64,000 nt of DNA from a virus. Numbering within the stretch: the stretch's first letter is position 1; every line of letters starts with the position of its first letter. The stretch lies in the IMG/VR virus record IMGVR_UViG_3300031569_001508, positions 18,171 to 82,170 of that record. One strand, 5' to 3'. Below are positions 17,913-27,194 of this stretch, in pieces. The translations under genes were made by a program, and so were the position numbers. A model generated the notes under the pieces. That model did no database searches. It saw only the letters and a program-made list of their open reading frames with translations, and was not told where the DNA came from.

Positions 17913-18687
17913 TCACGAAGCACCCATGTGCCTTTTAGACGATAGTATGAGATTTAATGATTATGACTATTGTCTTCCTCATTTATTAGATCAAGAACCT
18001 AAATATTTAGAATATTTTAAAAAAGCTAAAGCAGCGGGTCGTTATATTATAATGGATAATTCACTTCATGAATTAGGTGAAGCATATGACCATTCACGTT
18101 TGATACATTGGGTAAACGAGCTAAAACCAAATGAATTTATAATTCCGGATGTATGGGAAAATATGGAGGAATCTATTCAAAATGCTACTATTTGGGAAAT
18201 TTATGATTTTCCTAATAGTGTAGAAAAAATAGCAGTTGTTCAAGCTAAAACGATTCATGAGGCATCTGAATGTACTAAAGCTTATAAAGATATGGGGTTT
18301 GGCAAAATATGTTATTCATATGGAGCATCTTATTATAATGATGTTTGCCCCCACCCAAATAAGGATTTAGGAAAAGCATTAGGAAGATTGGCAGTAATAT
18401 CAGCCTTAATGAAAATGGGGGATATAAAACAAGATGATAGGATTCATTTATTAGGGTGTGCTGTTCCTCAAGAATTTGGATGGTATAAGGATATTAATTG
18501 TATAGAATCTATAGATACATCAAATCCTATAATGGCTACTTTAGAAGATATTCAATACATGAATAGTGGTTTGTATAAAAAACCTAAAGCAAATATGAAT
18601 GATTTTTTCTATATGTTAGATAATCAAGTTGATTTTGATCTTTTAACTTATAATTTAGAAATGTTTAAAAAAATTAATAATTTATAA
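17896..18687 (+). CDS. TGT-fold protein, putative DpdA-like deazaguanine transglycosylase
   Basis: IIMDNS, IPDV, AVVQA, RIHLLG, SIDTS motifs in TGT/DpdA order; directly upstream of queC. Confidence 0.68.
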   Translation: MAIKVSHEAPMCLLDDSMRFNDYDYCLPHLLDQEPKYLEYFKKAKAAGRYIIMDNSLHELGEAYDHSRLIHWVNELKPNEFIIPDVWENMEESIQNATIWEIYDFPNSVEKIAVVQAKTIHEASECTKAYKDMGFGKICYSYGASYYNDVCPHPNKDLGKALGRLAVISALMKMGDIKQDDRIHLLGCAVPQEFGWYKDINCIESIDTSNPIMATLEDIQYMNSGLYKKPKANMNDFFYMLDNQVDFDLLTYNLEMFKKINNL

Positions 18688-18695
18688 AATAAAAA

Positions 18696-19526
18696 ATGAC
18701 ACAAATGGAAATTAATTTTAAGGATTCACAACGTCCTAAACACGCAGTAGTATCACTTTCAGGTGGTATGGATTCAAGTACATTATTACTTAAATGTCTT
18801 GATAAATTTAAAACGGTAACAGCTTTATCTTTTGATTATGGTCAAAAACACAAAGTTGAACTTAAAAGAGCAAGAGCATTAGTAGATTATTTAAAGAGAA
18901 ATGGACATAATGTTACATATCAAATAATTGAATTAAAGGGGTTGGTATCATTACTTGACTCAGCATTAGTAGAAGGTGGGGATGAAGTTCCAGAAGGACA
19001 TTATGCTGCTGAAAATATGAAAGCTACAGTAGTACCTAATCGTAATAAAATATTTGCATCAATTTCCCAAGCAGTAGCTTTATCAATAGCTAATAAAACA
19101 GAAGAAAAAACTTCAATTGCTTTAGGAATTCATGCAGGTGACCATGATATTTATCCTGATTGTAGACAAGAATTTAGAGATGCAGATGATAAAGCATTTA
19201 GAGAAGGTAATTGGGATGCTGATAGAGTGGGGTATTATACACCTTATTTAAAAGGAGATAAATTTACAATTCTTCAAGATGGAGAAATATTATGTAAAAA
19301 GTTAGGAATTGATTTTGATGAAGTATATGCTAGAACTAATACTTCATATAAACCAACACCTGAAGGATGGTCAGATTATAAATCAGCGTCATCAGTTGAA
19401 AGAGTAGAAGCATTCATAAAATTAGGAAGACCTGATCCTGTACAATATGCAGATGAAACTGGTCCTGTTGATTATGAAGTAGCAAAATCTTATGTTGAAC
19501 AAGTGTTAGAAAATTATGAAGGATAA
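18696..19526 (+). CDS. queC: 7-cyano-7-deazaguanine synthase
   Basis: SLSGGMDS, FDYGQKH, VPNRN, HAGD..YPDC. C-terminal Zn cysteines are replaced. Confidence 0.9.
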   Translation: MTQMEINFKDSQRPKHAVVSLSGGMDSSTLLLKCLDKFKTVTALSFDYGQKHKVELKRARALVDYLKRNGHNVTYQIIELKGLVSLLDSALVEGGDEVPEGHYAAENMKATVVPNRNKIFASISQAVALSIANKTEEKTSIALGIHAGDHDIYPDCRQEFRDADDKAFREGNWDADRVGYYTPYLKGDKFTILQDGEILCKKLGIDFDEVYARTNTSYKPTPEGWSDYKSASSVERVEAFIKLGRPDPVQYADETGPVDYEVAKSYVEQVLENYEG

Positions 19527-19689
19527 TAAATTAGAAAAAATCCCAGATCCAAAACTACACCAACAGATAAGTTTTATTAAGTCAGGTGTTCGTATATTAG
19601 GGTATTGTTTTATTCCTTTTAGCTTGGTTTTTGCAACTATTTTACTTATATTAAGTGAATTAATAGGTATAATTGAAGAATTAGTTTAA
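19516..19689 (+). CDS. 57-aa membrane protein (not in ORF track)
   Basis: MKDNKLEKIPDPKLHQQISFIKSGVRILG...SELIGIIEELV. Confidence 0.6.
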   Translation: MKDNKLEKIPDPKLHQQISFIKSGVRILGYCFIPFSLVFATILLILSELIGIIEELV

Positions 19690-19705
19690 TAATAAAAACA
19701 AAAAA

Positions 19706-19957
19706 ATGAAAAAAATATTATATTTCTCAGCAGCATGGTGTGGTCCTTGTAAAGTACTGGGCCCTGTAATGGATAAATTAAAAATGGATGGAATGCCCGT
19801 TCAAAAAATAGATGTAGATTCAAACCAGGAAATGTCAACAAAGTATGGAGTTAGAAATATTCCATGTTTAGTATTAGTTGATAACATGGGGAATGAACTT
19901 AAAAGATTAGTTGGTAATAAACCTTCTAATGAAATTCAAAATTGGTACAATAATTAA
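19706..19957 (+). CDS. thioredoxin
   Basis: WCGPC active site, cis-Pro loop YGVRNIP. Confidence 0.9.
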   Translation: MKKILYFSAAWCGPCKVLGPVMDKLKMDGMPVQKIDVDSNQEMSTKYGVRNIPCLVLVDNMGNELKRLVGNKPSNEIQNWYNN

Positions 19958-19967
19958 AAACAAAAAA

Positions 19968-20288
19968 ATGAAATATCAAAATCAAAATGTTGGCATATTA
20001 TACTTTTCAAATCCCTCTTCTGAAGCAGAAAGTGTTGGTAAAATAGTAGACGGGGTTATGAGACAAGTAGGTAGAGACATACCAGTAAGAAAAGTAAATT
20101 CTGATTATGAAGTAACTATAGTAGAAAAAGCAAAACCTACAAAAGTTCCATCAATTATATTTACAGATAATTCTGGGGATCTAGAGCACCTTAGAATAGA
20201 AGGATCAAGTTTATCAACTATAACTGTTGAAGGGGTATTAAATATAGTACAAGATATTATTAAATTTAATTCAAAAAATAATGGGTAA
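19968..20288 (+). CDS. thioredoxin-fold paralog lacking CxxC
   Basis: ILYFS...PVRKVNSD...KVPSIIF aligns with the upstream Trx; no Cys. Start moved to ATG 19968. Confidence 0.55.
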   Translation: MKYQNQNVGILYFSNPSSEAESVGKIVDGVMRQVGRDIPVRKVNSDYEVTIVEKAKPTKVPSIIFTDNSGDLEHLRIEGSSLSTITVEGVLNIVQDIIKFNSKNNG

Positions 20289-20745
20289 ATATCAATCAAG
20301 TAAAGTATTTGATGGCTTTAGCACAGTATTCCGTCAATGGAAAGCAAAAGAAACACATTGTAGATTTGTTCATGGTTATGGTATTTCCTTTAAAGTTTAC
20401 TTCGAAGGTGACTTAGATGAAAAAAATTGGGTTTGGGATTTTGGAGGGATGAAGCGTGCTAAAACCTTAATTAATGGTTTACAACCTAAAGCGTGGATGG
20501 ATTATATGTTTGATCATACTATGGTTATAGCAGAAGATGATCCTGAAATAGATGCATTTAAACAAATGGATCAAGCAGGAGTAGCACAAGTAAGAATTAT
20601 ACCCGCTACTGGAGCAGAGAAATTTGCTGAATATATTTATAATAACATAAATGAATTTGTTAAAACTGAAACTAGTAATAGGGTTAGGGTTACTAAAGTT
20701 AAATTTATGGAACATGGTAAAAATGCTGCATATTACAGCGAGTAA
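20281..20745 (+). CDS. queD: 6-carboxytetrahydropterin synthase (QueD-like)
   Basis: HCRFVHGY, WVWDFG, FDHT, GAEKFAEY, terminal E...AAY. Confidence 0.85.
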   Translation: MGKYQSSKVFDGFSTVFRQWKAKETHCRFVHGYGISFKVYFEGDLDEKNWVWDFGGMKRAKTLINGLQPKAWMDYMFDHTMVIAEDDPEIDAFKQMDQAGVAQVRIIPATGAEKFAEYIYNNINEFVKTETSNRVRVTKVKFMEHGKNAAYYSE

Positions 20746-20787
20746 AAGAATAATAGTGAATGAAAAACCACTTAAAAAAATTAACGG

Positions 20788-21573
20788 ATGCATAAGCAAT
20801 TAAAAAGGGTTACAGACTACGAAAAAAACTTACCCATTGTAGAAATCTACACAGCAGTACAATCAGAAGGATCTAGAGCAGGCTATCCTACAGTAGTAAT
20901 TAGAACAACAGGATGCACACATAGGTGTTATTTTGGAGAAGGAGGATGGTGTGATTCATGGTATACAAGCATTCACCCTGAAAAAGGACATTTCAATTTT
21001 AATGATATAATTGCAATGTATAAAAAAAATCCCCATATTAAAGAAATGATGCTAACTGGAGGTTCTCCTACTATGCATGCTGCTTTAGTAAATGAACTAA
21101 CACACTTTGCACATGAAAATAATATATTTATTACTATTGAAACTGAGGGAAGTCATTTTCTACCCACAGACTATCCTATTAATCTTTTATCTATTAGCCC
21201 TAAGTTTTCTAATTCTGTCCCAGTTGTAGGGGTTTTAACACCTCAAGGAGGAATTACTGATGAAAAGATGATAAAAACACATAATAGGCTTAGACTTAAT
21301 TATGATGCAATTAAGCAATCTATTGCTTATCACTCAGATTATCATATAAAACCTGTTTGGGATGGTAAAGATGAAAATGCTTTAGCTGAAATTATGGAAT
21401 GTTTAAAGATACTTGATGTATCCCAAGATAAAGTTTGGTTTATGCCTGCAGGAGATTCAAGAGAATCTTTATTTAAATCTTATCCTGTATTATTTGATTG
21501 GGTTAGAGATAATGGTTATAGAATGACATGGAGACCTCATATTATCGCTTTTGAAGATAAAAGAGAAGTATAA
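20788..21573 (+). CDS. queE: 7-carboxy-7-deazaguanine synthase (radical SAM)
   Basis: EIYTAVQSEG, RTTGC..C, CDS, LTGGSP, IETEG, SISPK. Confidence 0.88.
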   Translation: MHKQLKRVTDYEKNLPIVEIYTAVQSEGSRAGYPTVVIRTTGCTHRCYFGEGGWCDSWYTSIHPEKGHFNFNDIIAMYKKNPHIKEMMLTGGSPTMHAALVNELTHFAHENNIFITIETEGSHFLPTDYPINLLSISPKFSNSVPVVGVLTPQGGITDEKMIKTHNRLRLNYDAIKQSIAYHSDYHIKPVWDGKDENALAEIMECLKILDVSQDKVWFMPAGDSRESLFKSYPVLFDWVRDNGYRMTWRPHIIAFEDKREV

Positions 21574-21707
21574 TGTCTAAAGAAGAAGCAATTGAGGTGC
21601 TAGAAGAAATAGCTGAAAATGTTAGCGTTTGTTGTGCTATAACGATGGAACCCGATGAAGTATTAGTATTAATTGATAAATTAAAAAAATATTTAGAAAA
21701 TGAATAA
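21573..21707 (+). CDS. 44-aa protein (not in ORF track)
   Basis: MSKEEAIEVLEEIAENVSVCCAITMEPDEVLVLIDKLKKYLENE; coupled at both ends. Confidence 0.55.
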   Translation: MSKEEAIEVLEEIAENVSVCCAITMEPDEVLVLIDKLKKYLENE

Positions 21708-22071
21708 ATATATTTATGGAGCAAAATTATTAAGAGTAGTAGACGGAGACACAGCTGATTGTATGATTGATTTAGGTTTTGATACTTGGGTAAAAGCAAG
21801 ATTAAGATTTAAAGGTGTAGATACTTGGGAGAAAAGAACAAGAGATAAGGGTGAAAAAGTAAAAGGAATAGCAGCATCTGCTTTTACTACTAGTTATTTA
21901 GAAAAAAATGACGGTAATTTTACTATCCAATCTTATGGGAAAGGAAAATATGGTAGAATATTAGCAGAAATTTTTATTGAAGGGGAAGAAAAATCATTAA
22001 ATACACTATTAATAGAAAATGGACATGCTTATGTTTATGATGGGGGTAAAAAACAAATATTTAAAGGATAA
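21700..22071 (+). CDS. thermonuclease (SNase-like)
   Basis: RVVDGDT, RFKGVDTWE, KYGRILA, LIENGHA. Confidence 0.85.
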   Translation: MNKYIYGAKLLRVVDGDTADCMIDLGFDTWVKARLRFKGVDTWEKRTRDKGEKVKGIAASAFTTSYLEKNDGNFTIQSYGKGKYGRILAEIFIEGEEKSLNTLLIENGHAYVYDGGKKQIFKG

Positions 22072-22074
22072 ATA

Positions 22075-22506
22075 ATGTTACAAATAGGAAATAAATCCTT
22101 CCTTAGTTGGGATGATGTAGAAGTTTTAGTAAAAAAGTTATGTAATAAAATTACACAATCGAACTTAGATATAAAGTATATTTGGGGTCTTCCAAGAGGA
22201 GGATTAATTCCAGCAGTTATGGTTTCACACAAATTAGGGATTCCAATGACTAAAGGTACAATAACTCCCGATACTCTAATTATAGATGATATATGTGATA
22301 GTGGTGTTACATTAGCAAATTTCTATAAAACCTATCAAGACGAATTTGCATTTCCGTTTGATTTAAAAACAGCAGTTTTACACTATAAACCCCAAACATC
22401 AGTTTTTGAACCAACTCTATTTGCTAATCAATGGAGTAGTAACAACTGGATTATTTATCCTTGGGAAAGAAAAGACTCAAAGTCTATTCAAGACTATAAA
22501 ATATAG
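22075..22506 (+). CDS. type I purine phosphoribosyltransferase (Gpt-like)
   Basis: LSWDDV, GLPRGGLIPA, PRPP loop LIIDDICDSGVT, WIIYPWE. Confidence 0.85.
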   Translation: MLQIGNKSFLSWDDVEVLVKKLCNKITQSNLDIKYIWGLPRGGLIPAVMVSHKLGIPMTKGTITPDTLIIDDICDSGVTLANFYKTYQDEFAFPFDLKTAVLHYKPQTSVFEPTLFANQWSSNNWIIYPWERKDSKSIQDYKI

Positions 22507-22507
22507 T

Positions 22508-22536
22508 TTGGAATTCCACTAAATTATTCGTATATT
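22508..22536 (+). promoter_or_regulatory. -33/-7 promoter
   Basis: TTGG-N18-GTATATT upstream of folE. Confidence 0.75.
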
Positions 22537-22557
22537 ATATCAAATAAAAAATTAATA

Positions 22558-23256
22558 ATGGCAGAAAACAAACGAAGAAAAATTCACGAGGAATTAGAAG
22601 TAGTACAAGAAGGTTTTGCTAATGGTGTTGCACCTGGTTTTCCTTTAAAACAGTCTGAAAAAGATAAAATGATTATTCAAGCAGAAAAGGCATATGGTCA
22701 ATTTTTAGATGCTTTAAAATGTGATTGGAGAAATGATCCAAATTCAATGGAAACACCTCGTCGAGTAGCTAAAGCATATGTAAACGATTTATGGGCTGGC
22801 AGATACACTGCAATGTCTCCAATAACATCATTTCCTTCAGATGGCTATGATGGAATTATTATAGAACGTAATATACCTTTAACTTCAATGTGTTCCCATC
22901 ACCACCAAACAATAGGGGGTGTAGTTCATATTGGTTATATAGCTGGAGATAATGGCCAAGTAATTGGTTTATCTAAATTAAATAGAATTGTAGAATTGTT
23001 TGGTAGAAGAGGTGCTATTCAAGAACAACTCACATCAGCAATACATAATGCTGTAAATAAAGTAACTGAAGGTAATAAAGGTGTTATTATTACTATAGTT
23101 GCAGGACATAATTGTGTAAGTTGTAGAGGTGTAAAACATCAAGGAGCTGCTATGGTAACAACAAAGGCATCAGGTGTATTTAGAGAAAATGATAATTTAG
23201 CAAGAAAAGAATTTTTTGACAGTCTAAAGATTAATAACGGAGGACATAATATTTAA
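22558..23256 (+). CDS. folE: GTP cyclohydrolase I
   Basis: ETPRRVAK, SMCSHH, GLSKLNR, IQEQLT, HNCVSCRG. Confidence 0.93.
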   Translation: MAENKRRKIHEELEVVQEGFANGVAPGFPLKQSEKDKMIIQAEKAYGQFLDALKCDWRNDPNSMETPRRVAKAYVNDLWAGRYTAMSPITSFPSDGYDGIIIERNIPLTSMCSHHHQTIGGVVHIGYIAGDNGQVIGLSKLNRIVELFGRRGAIQEQLTSAIHNAVNKVTEGNKGVIITIVAGHNCVSCRGVKHQGAAMVTTKASGVFRENDNLARKEFFDSLKINNGGHNI

Positions 23257-23269
23257 ATAAATAAAAGTT

Positions 23270-23767
23270 ATGAATAAAAATAATGTACCATTTGTAAATG
23301 AAGTAGAGGAATTTAATTCCACTATGGGTAAACCTAATAATTATGAACCTACAATTCCCGAAAAAAAAGAATGGCAGTTTGTATACGATTTTATCCTTGA
23401 AGAACTTGAAGAATATAAAGAAGCTTGCGAAAGAGGAGATATCGTGGAAGTTTTGGATGCTCTTTGTGATATTACTTATGTTTCCCTTGGGAACGGTGCT
23501 ATGTTACATGGTCTTAAGGATAAGGTATGGCCAGCCTATCAAGAAGTACAAGGTTCGAATATGTCAAAGGCTTGCATTAACGAAGAAGAAGCACAAGCGA
23601 CAGTTAAAGTCCGTTCCAAAGAACAAGATGAACCGTGTCACTATGAAAAGGTTGGTAAATATTATATTGTCTATAGAACACGTGATAAAAAAGTAATGAA
23701 AAATGTTAATTATTATAGACCAAATTTATCACAATTTTTTACTAAAGAAGAATTAAAGAATGTATAA
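23270..23767 (+). CDS. MazG-like all-alpha NTP pyrophosphohydrolase
   Basis: EELEEY, EVLDALCDITYV, EVQGSNMSK. Confidence 0.8.
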   Translation: MNKNNVPFVNEVEEFNSTMGKPNNYEPTIPEKKEWQFVYDFILEELEEYKEACERGDIVEVLDALCDITYVSLGNGAMLHGLKDKVWPAYQEVQGSNMSKACINEEEAQATVKVRSKEQDEPCHYEKVGKYYIVYRTRDKKVMKNVNYYRPNLSQFFTKEELKNV

Positions 23768-25442
23768 AAAGGCATTTGCACGACGTCTTAAAGATAATAA
23801 ATTTTTAATTCATTTATGGGAAGATAGTGGCTATTCTAAAGTAGAATGGGATAATAAAGCTTACATAGAATGTCATGAAGCCGATGCTCAATATACTGGG
23901 TTAAATGGTGAACCTCTAAAAAAGATATCTAATTGGAGGTCTGATAATTCAAAATTGCATTTTCATGATATGCCTGCTTATCAAAAGTTTTTAGTAGAAA
24001 AATATGGTGTTAATGATGAACCCTCTACAACACATAGAGAAGTATTTTTTGATATTGAAACCGAAATGGGGGATGCTCTTACTGAAGAGTATATTAAATC
24101 TGCTCCTAAAAAAGTAACATCAATTGCTTGGTATGATAAACAGGTAGACTTATGGGGTATTGTGATTCTTGATCCTAAGGGTCAACTAGAACATACTAAA
24201 GCTAAAAATAAAGAAATTATACCTTGTAAGACAGAAGGGGAGTTATTAGCAAAATTTTTAGAATTATTTAGAGAAATAGACCCAGATATAATTGTAGGGT
24301 GGAATAGTGATTATTTTGATGTTCCATATCTATACTATAGAATGTGTAATGTGTTAGGGGAAGAGTTTGCTAAACATTTATCTCCTATAGGGTATGTAAG
24401 AGAAACACCTTGGTTTAAGGACCAATACATACAAATATGTGGTGTTGAGTCTTTAGATTATATGCGTTTACATAAAAAGTTTAGTTGGGCAGATGAACCT
24501 TCAATGAGGTTAGACGCTATTGGGGAGAAATATGTTGGTATGAATAAGATAGAATATGAGGGTAATCTTGATGCTTTATTTGAAACTGACATACATAAAT
24601 TCATTAAATATAACTTTGTTGATGTTGAAATATTAAAAAAGTTAGATGAAAAATTGGATTATTTAGCACTTGTTAAAAATCTATCTCATAAAGGAAAACA
24701 TAACTATAGTGAAGTATATGCTAATACTAAAACCCAAGATGGAGCAATTTCCGCTTACTTATTAAGTAAAAATATAATTCCACCTGCTAAAGATAGAAAC
24801 CCAATGTCTAAAAAAGGATATGCTGGTGGTTATTTATTTTGCCCTAAAGCAGGAATTTATAATTATGTGTTTGATGAAGATTTAACTTCACTATATCCAT
24901 CAATTATAATGACTATTAATATTGGTAAAGAAACTATGGTTGGTAGAATTATAGATGCTGATGACAGAAATAATCGTTTAGGATTAAATGATTTAAAGTG
25001 TAGAGATTACGCAGAAGAAGTTATTGTTGAAAATATTAAAAGGAATAGAACTAAAGTTAGTATAGGTAGAATAGTTAAAATGATAGAAGGAAATAATTTA
25101 TCAGTTTCAGCAAATGGTGTCATGTTTAACACAGATCGTGAATCAGTACTTTCTACAATATTAAAAAAGTGGTTTGACGAAAGGGTTTTATATAAAAATA
25201 AAATGCAAAAAGCATTTAAATCAGGTAATAAAGAGTTAGGTGTTGCTTACCATATGAAACAATATACTATGAAGATTCTACTTAATTCGTTATATGGCGC
25301 TACAGCATTGGGCTCATTCCGTTATGGGAATGTTATATTATCTGAAGCTATAACGCTTAGTGGACAGCGTATAATACAAGAATCTGCACTAACAGCAAAT
25401 ACTCATATGAATAAAGTTATAAGAGAAGAAATTACATTATGA
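23760..25442 (+). CDS. family B DNA polymerase, N-terminal subunit (exonuclease + motifs A, B)
   Basis: FDIET, GWNSDYFD, YNFVD, DLTSLYPS, KILLNSLYG. Confidence 0.9.
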   Translation: MYKKAFARRLKDNKFLIHLWEDSGYSKVEWDNKAYIECHEADAQYTGLNGEPLKKISNWRSDNSKLHFHDMPAYQKFLVEKYGVNDEPSTTHREVFFDIETEMGDALTEEYIKSAPKKVTSIAWYDKQVDLWGIVILDPKGQLEHTKAKNKEIIPCKTEGELLAKFLELFREIDPDIIVGWNSDYFDVPYLYYRMCNVLGEEFAKHLSPIGYVRETPWFKDQYIQICGVESLDYMRLHKKFSWADEPSMRLDAIGEKYVGMNKIEYEGNLDALFETDIHKFIKYNFVDVEILKKLDEKLDYLALVKNLSHKGKHNYSEVYANTKTQDGAISAYLLSKNIIPPAKDRNPMSKKGYAGGYLFCPKAGIYNYVFDEDLTSLYPSIIMTINIGKETMVGRIIDADDRNNRLGLNDLKCRDYAEEVIVENIKRNRTKVSIGRIVKMIEGNNLSVSANGVMFNTDRESVLSTILKKWFDERVLYKNKMQKAFKSGNKELGVAYHMKQYTMKILLNSLYGATALGSFRYGNVILSEAITLSGQRIIQESALTANTHMNKVIREEITL

Positions 25443-26371
25443 AACATTTAGAAGATACTCCTTGGTGGATTTGTGATCCTGATGATAATAATTATGTAGC
25501 ATATTCTGACACAGATTCTATTTACATCCATGCTGAACCTTTACTTAGACATTTATACCCATCATTTGATGAAATGCCTAGTGAAGAAAAAGATGATAAA
25601 TTAGAAGAAATTGCTTTAAAATATCAAGATATTATAACAGATTCTTATAGTTCTTTAGCTATGGATTGTTTTAACGCTAAGGGAAAACACAGGTTAGAAA
25701 TGAAAACAGAATGTGTTATTAGATCAGCTTATTTTAGAGCTACAAGGCGTTATGCTCAATGGATTACTAAACAAGAAGGCATAACAAAGGAAACATTAGA
25801 TGTTAAAGGGCTAGAATTTAAAAAGGCAAATTTTCCTCCAGTGTTAGGTGATTTTTTTAGAAAAGCATTAATTGATGTTTTAAAAGGAGCGGAACAAAGT
25901 GAAATAGATGGTAGACTAAAATTATTTAAAACACAGATTCTAGATGGGACTATACCTTTAACTAAGTTAGGGAACCCAACATCCGTAAAAAAATTAAATA
26001 AATACACAGAACGTAAAGCTAGAGCTGGAGAAATGTTTTCAATTATGGCTAAAGGAGCACCTGCAGCTGTTAAAGCAACTGTAGTTTATAATGATTTATT
26101 AAAATTTTGGGGTTTACATAAAGAACATAATTATATAACCCAAGGTAGTAAAGTAAAATGGATATATATGAGGCCAAACCCTTACCAAATTGATGCTATT
26201 GCTTTTTTAGATTATGATTTACCAGATAAAATTCGTATATTCATTGAGCAATATGCAGATAGAAAGAAAATATTCGAGTCCATATTATTAAATAAATTAG
26301 AGGGATTTTATAATGATTTAGGGTGGACACTAAATTTAAACCCCTACCAACAAATGTTTTTCAATATATGA
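25439..26371 (+). CDS. family B DNA polymerase, C-terminal subunit (motif C + thumb)
   Basis: YSDTDS, RRYA, VKGLE; ATGA overlap with the N-terminal part. Confidence 0.88.
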   Translation: MKHLEDTPWWICDPDDNNYVAYSDTDSIYIHAEPLLRHLYPSFDEMPSEEKDDKLEEIALKYQDIITDSYSSLAMDCFNAKGKHRLEMKTECVIRSAYFRATRRYAQWITKQEGITKETLDVKGLEFKKANFPPVLGDFFRKALIDVLKGAEQSEIDGRLKLFKTQILDGTIPLTKLGNPTSVKKLNKYTERKARAGEMFSIMAKGAPAAVKATVVYNDLLKFWGLHKEHNYITQGSKVKWIYMRPNPYQIDAIAFLDYDLPDKIRIFIEQYADRKKIFESILLNKLEGFYNDLGWTLNLNPYQQMFFNI

Positions 26372-27102
26372 TAAATAAAGCAAAGCTACAATCAGTAATT
26401 AACAAATATTATTTAAATGTTAATGAAGCCGTAAAATGGGTTGTTGAAGATAATAAACTTCAAATTGATTTTATGTCACCAACTAAAGACATTATAGGAA
26501 AGTTAACCTGTAATGATTTTCAATTAGAAGATAGTACTCTTGCTATTTATGATACTAAAAAATTAAATAGTTTAGTTAGTATATGTAATGGAGACTTACT
26601 TTTAGAGTTAGAAAAAACTAATAAAATATACACAAAATTAAAAATATCAGACCTAAATTTTAATTTAACTTATGCCTTATCTGATGCATTATTAATTGGT
26701 AAAGTAGGAACGATAAATATGCCTGAATTTGTAGTTAAATTAAATCTAACTACTGAAGATATTGAAAATCTTATTAAAGCAAAAAGTGCATTATCTCAAG
26801 TAGATAATATGTTAATAACAACTACTACTAATTTAGATGGAGAGAATGTTTGTGAGTTTATATTTGGTGATGAATCTGGACATAATAATAAAATTACATA
26901 TCAAATATTAGGTGATATTACAGAACAAGATTTAAAAATACCATTTAATTCAGATACATTTAAAACTATACTTCATGCTAATAAGGATATGGAAGAAGGA
27001 ACATTAAATATTAGTAGTATGGGATTAATTGAAATGAAATTTAAAACAGATACAATTTCTTCAGAATATTTTATGGTAAGAAAAGCAGAAACTGACTTTT
27101 AA
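26368..27102 (+). CDS. putative sliding clamp (gp45-like)
   Basis: About 244 aa alpha/beta protein, AIYD motif, follows polB, clamp loaders nearby; start at the ATGA overlap at 26368. Confidence 0.6.
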   Translation: MINKAKLQSVINKYYLNVNEAVKWVVEDNKLQIDFMSPTKDIIGKLTCNDFQLEDSTLAIYDTKKLNSLVSICNGDLLLELEKTNKIYTKLKISDLNFNLTYALSDALLIGKVGTINMPEFVVKLNLTTEDIENLIKAKSALSQVDNMLITTTTNLDGENVCEFIFGDESGHNNKITYQILGDITEQDLKIPFNSDTFKTILHANKDMEEGTLNISSMGLIEMKFKTDTISSEYFMVRKAETDF

Positions 27103-27194
27103 TATATGTATTAGAGAATAAACTGACCTAAGGGCGTAAGTTATTTATTTTATTATTAACCGCTGATCTAACGACAGCACAAAAACAAAGTGAT
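27101..27194 (+). promoter_or_regulatory. structured 5' leader of hsp20 with putative late promoter
   Basis: ATATGTAT at 27104; GC-rich islets ACCTAAGGGCG and GCTG-ATCTAACGA-CAGC. Confidence 0.5.

Noticed and set aside
19589-19598. TTCGTATATT matches at 19589 and 26232
   Set aside because: They lack TTGG/TAGG at the conserved spacing and may be weak promoters or codon coincidences, so they were not called.
25430-25450. Intein, intron or programmed frameshift at the polB split
   Set aside because: No intein termini, no intervening sequence and no obvious slippery heptamer; the ATGA overlap fits translational coupling. A sequencing error cannot be excluded.
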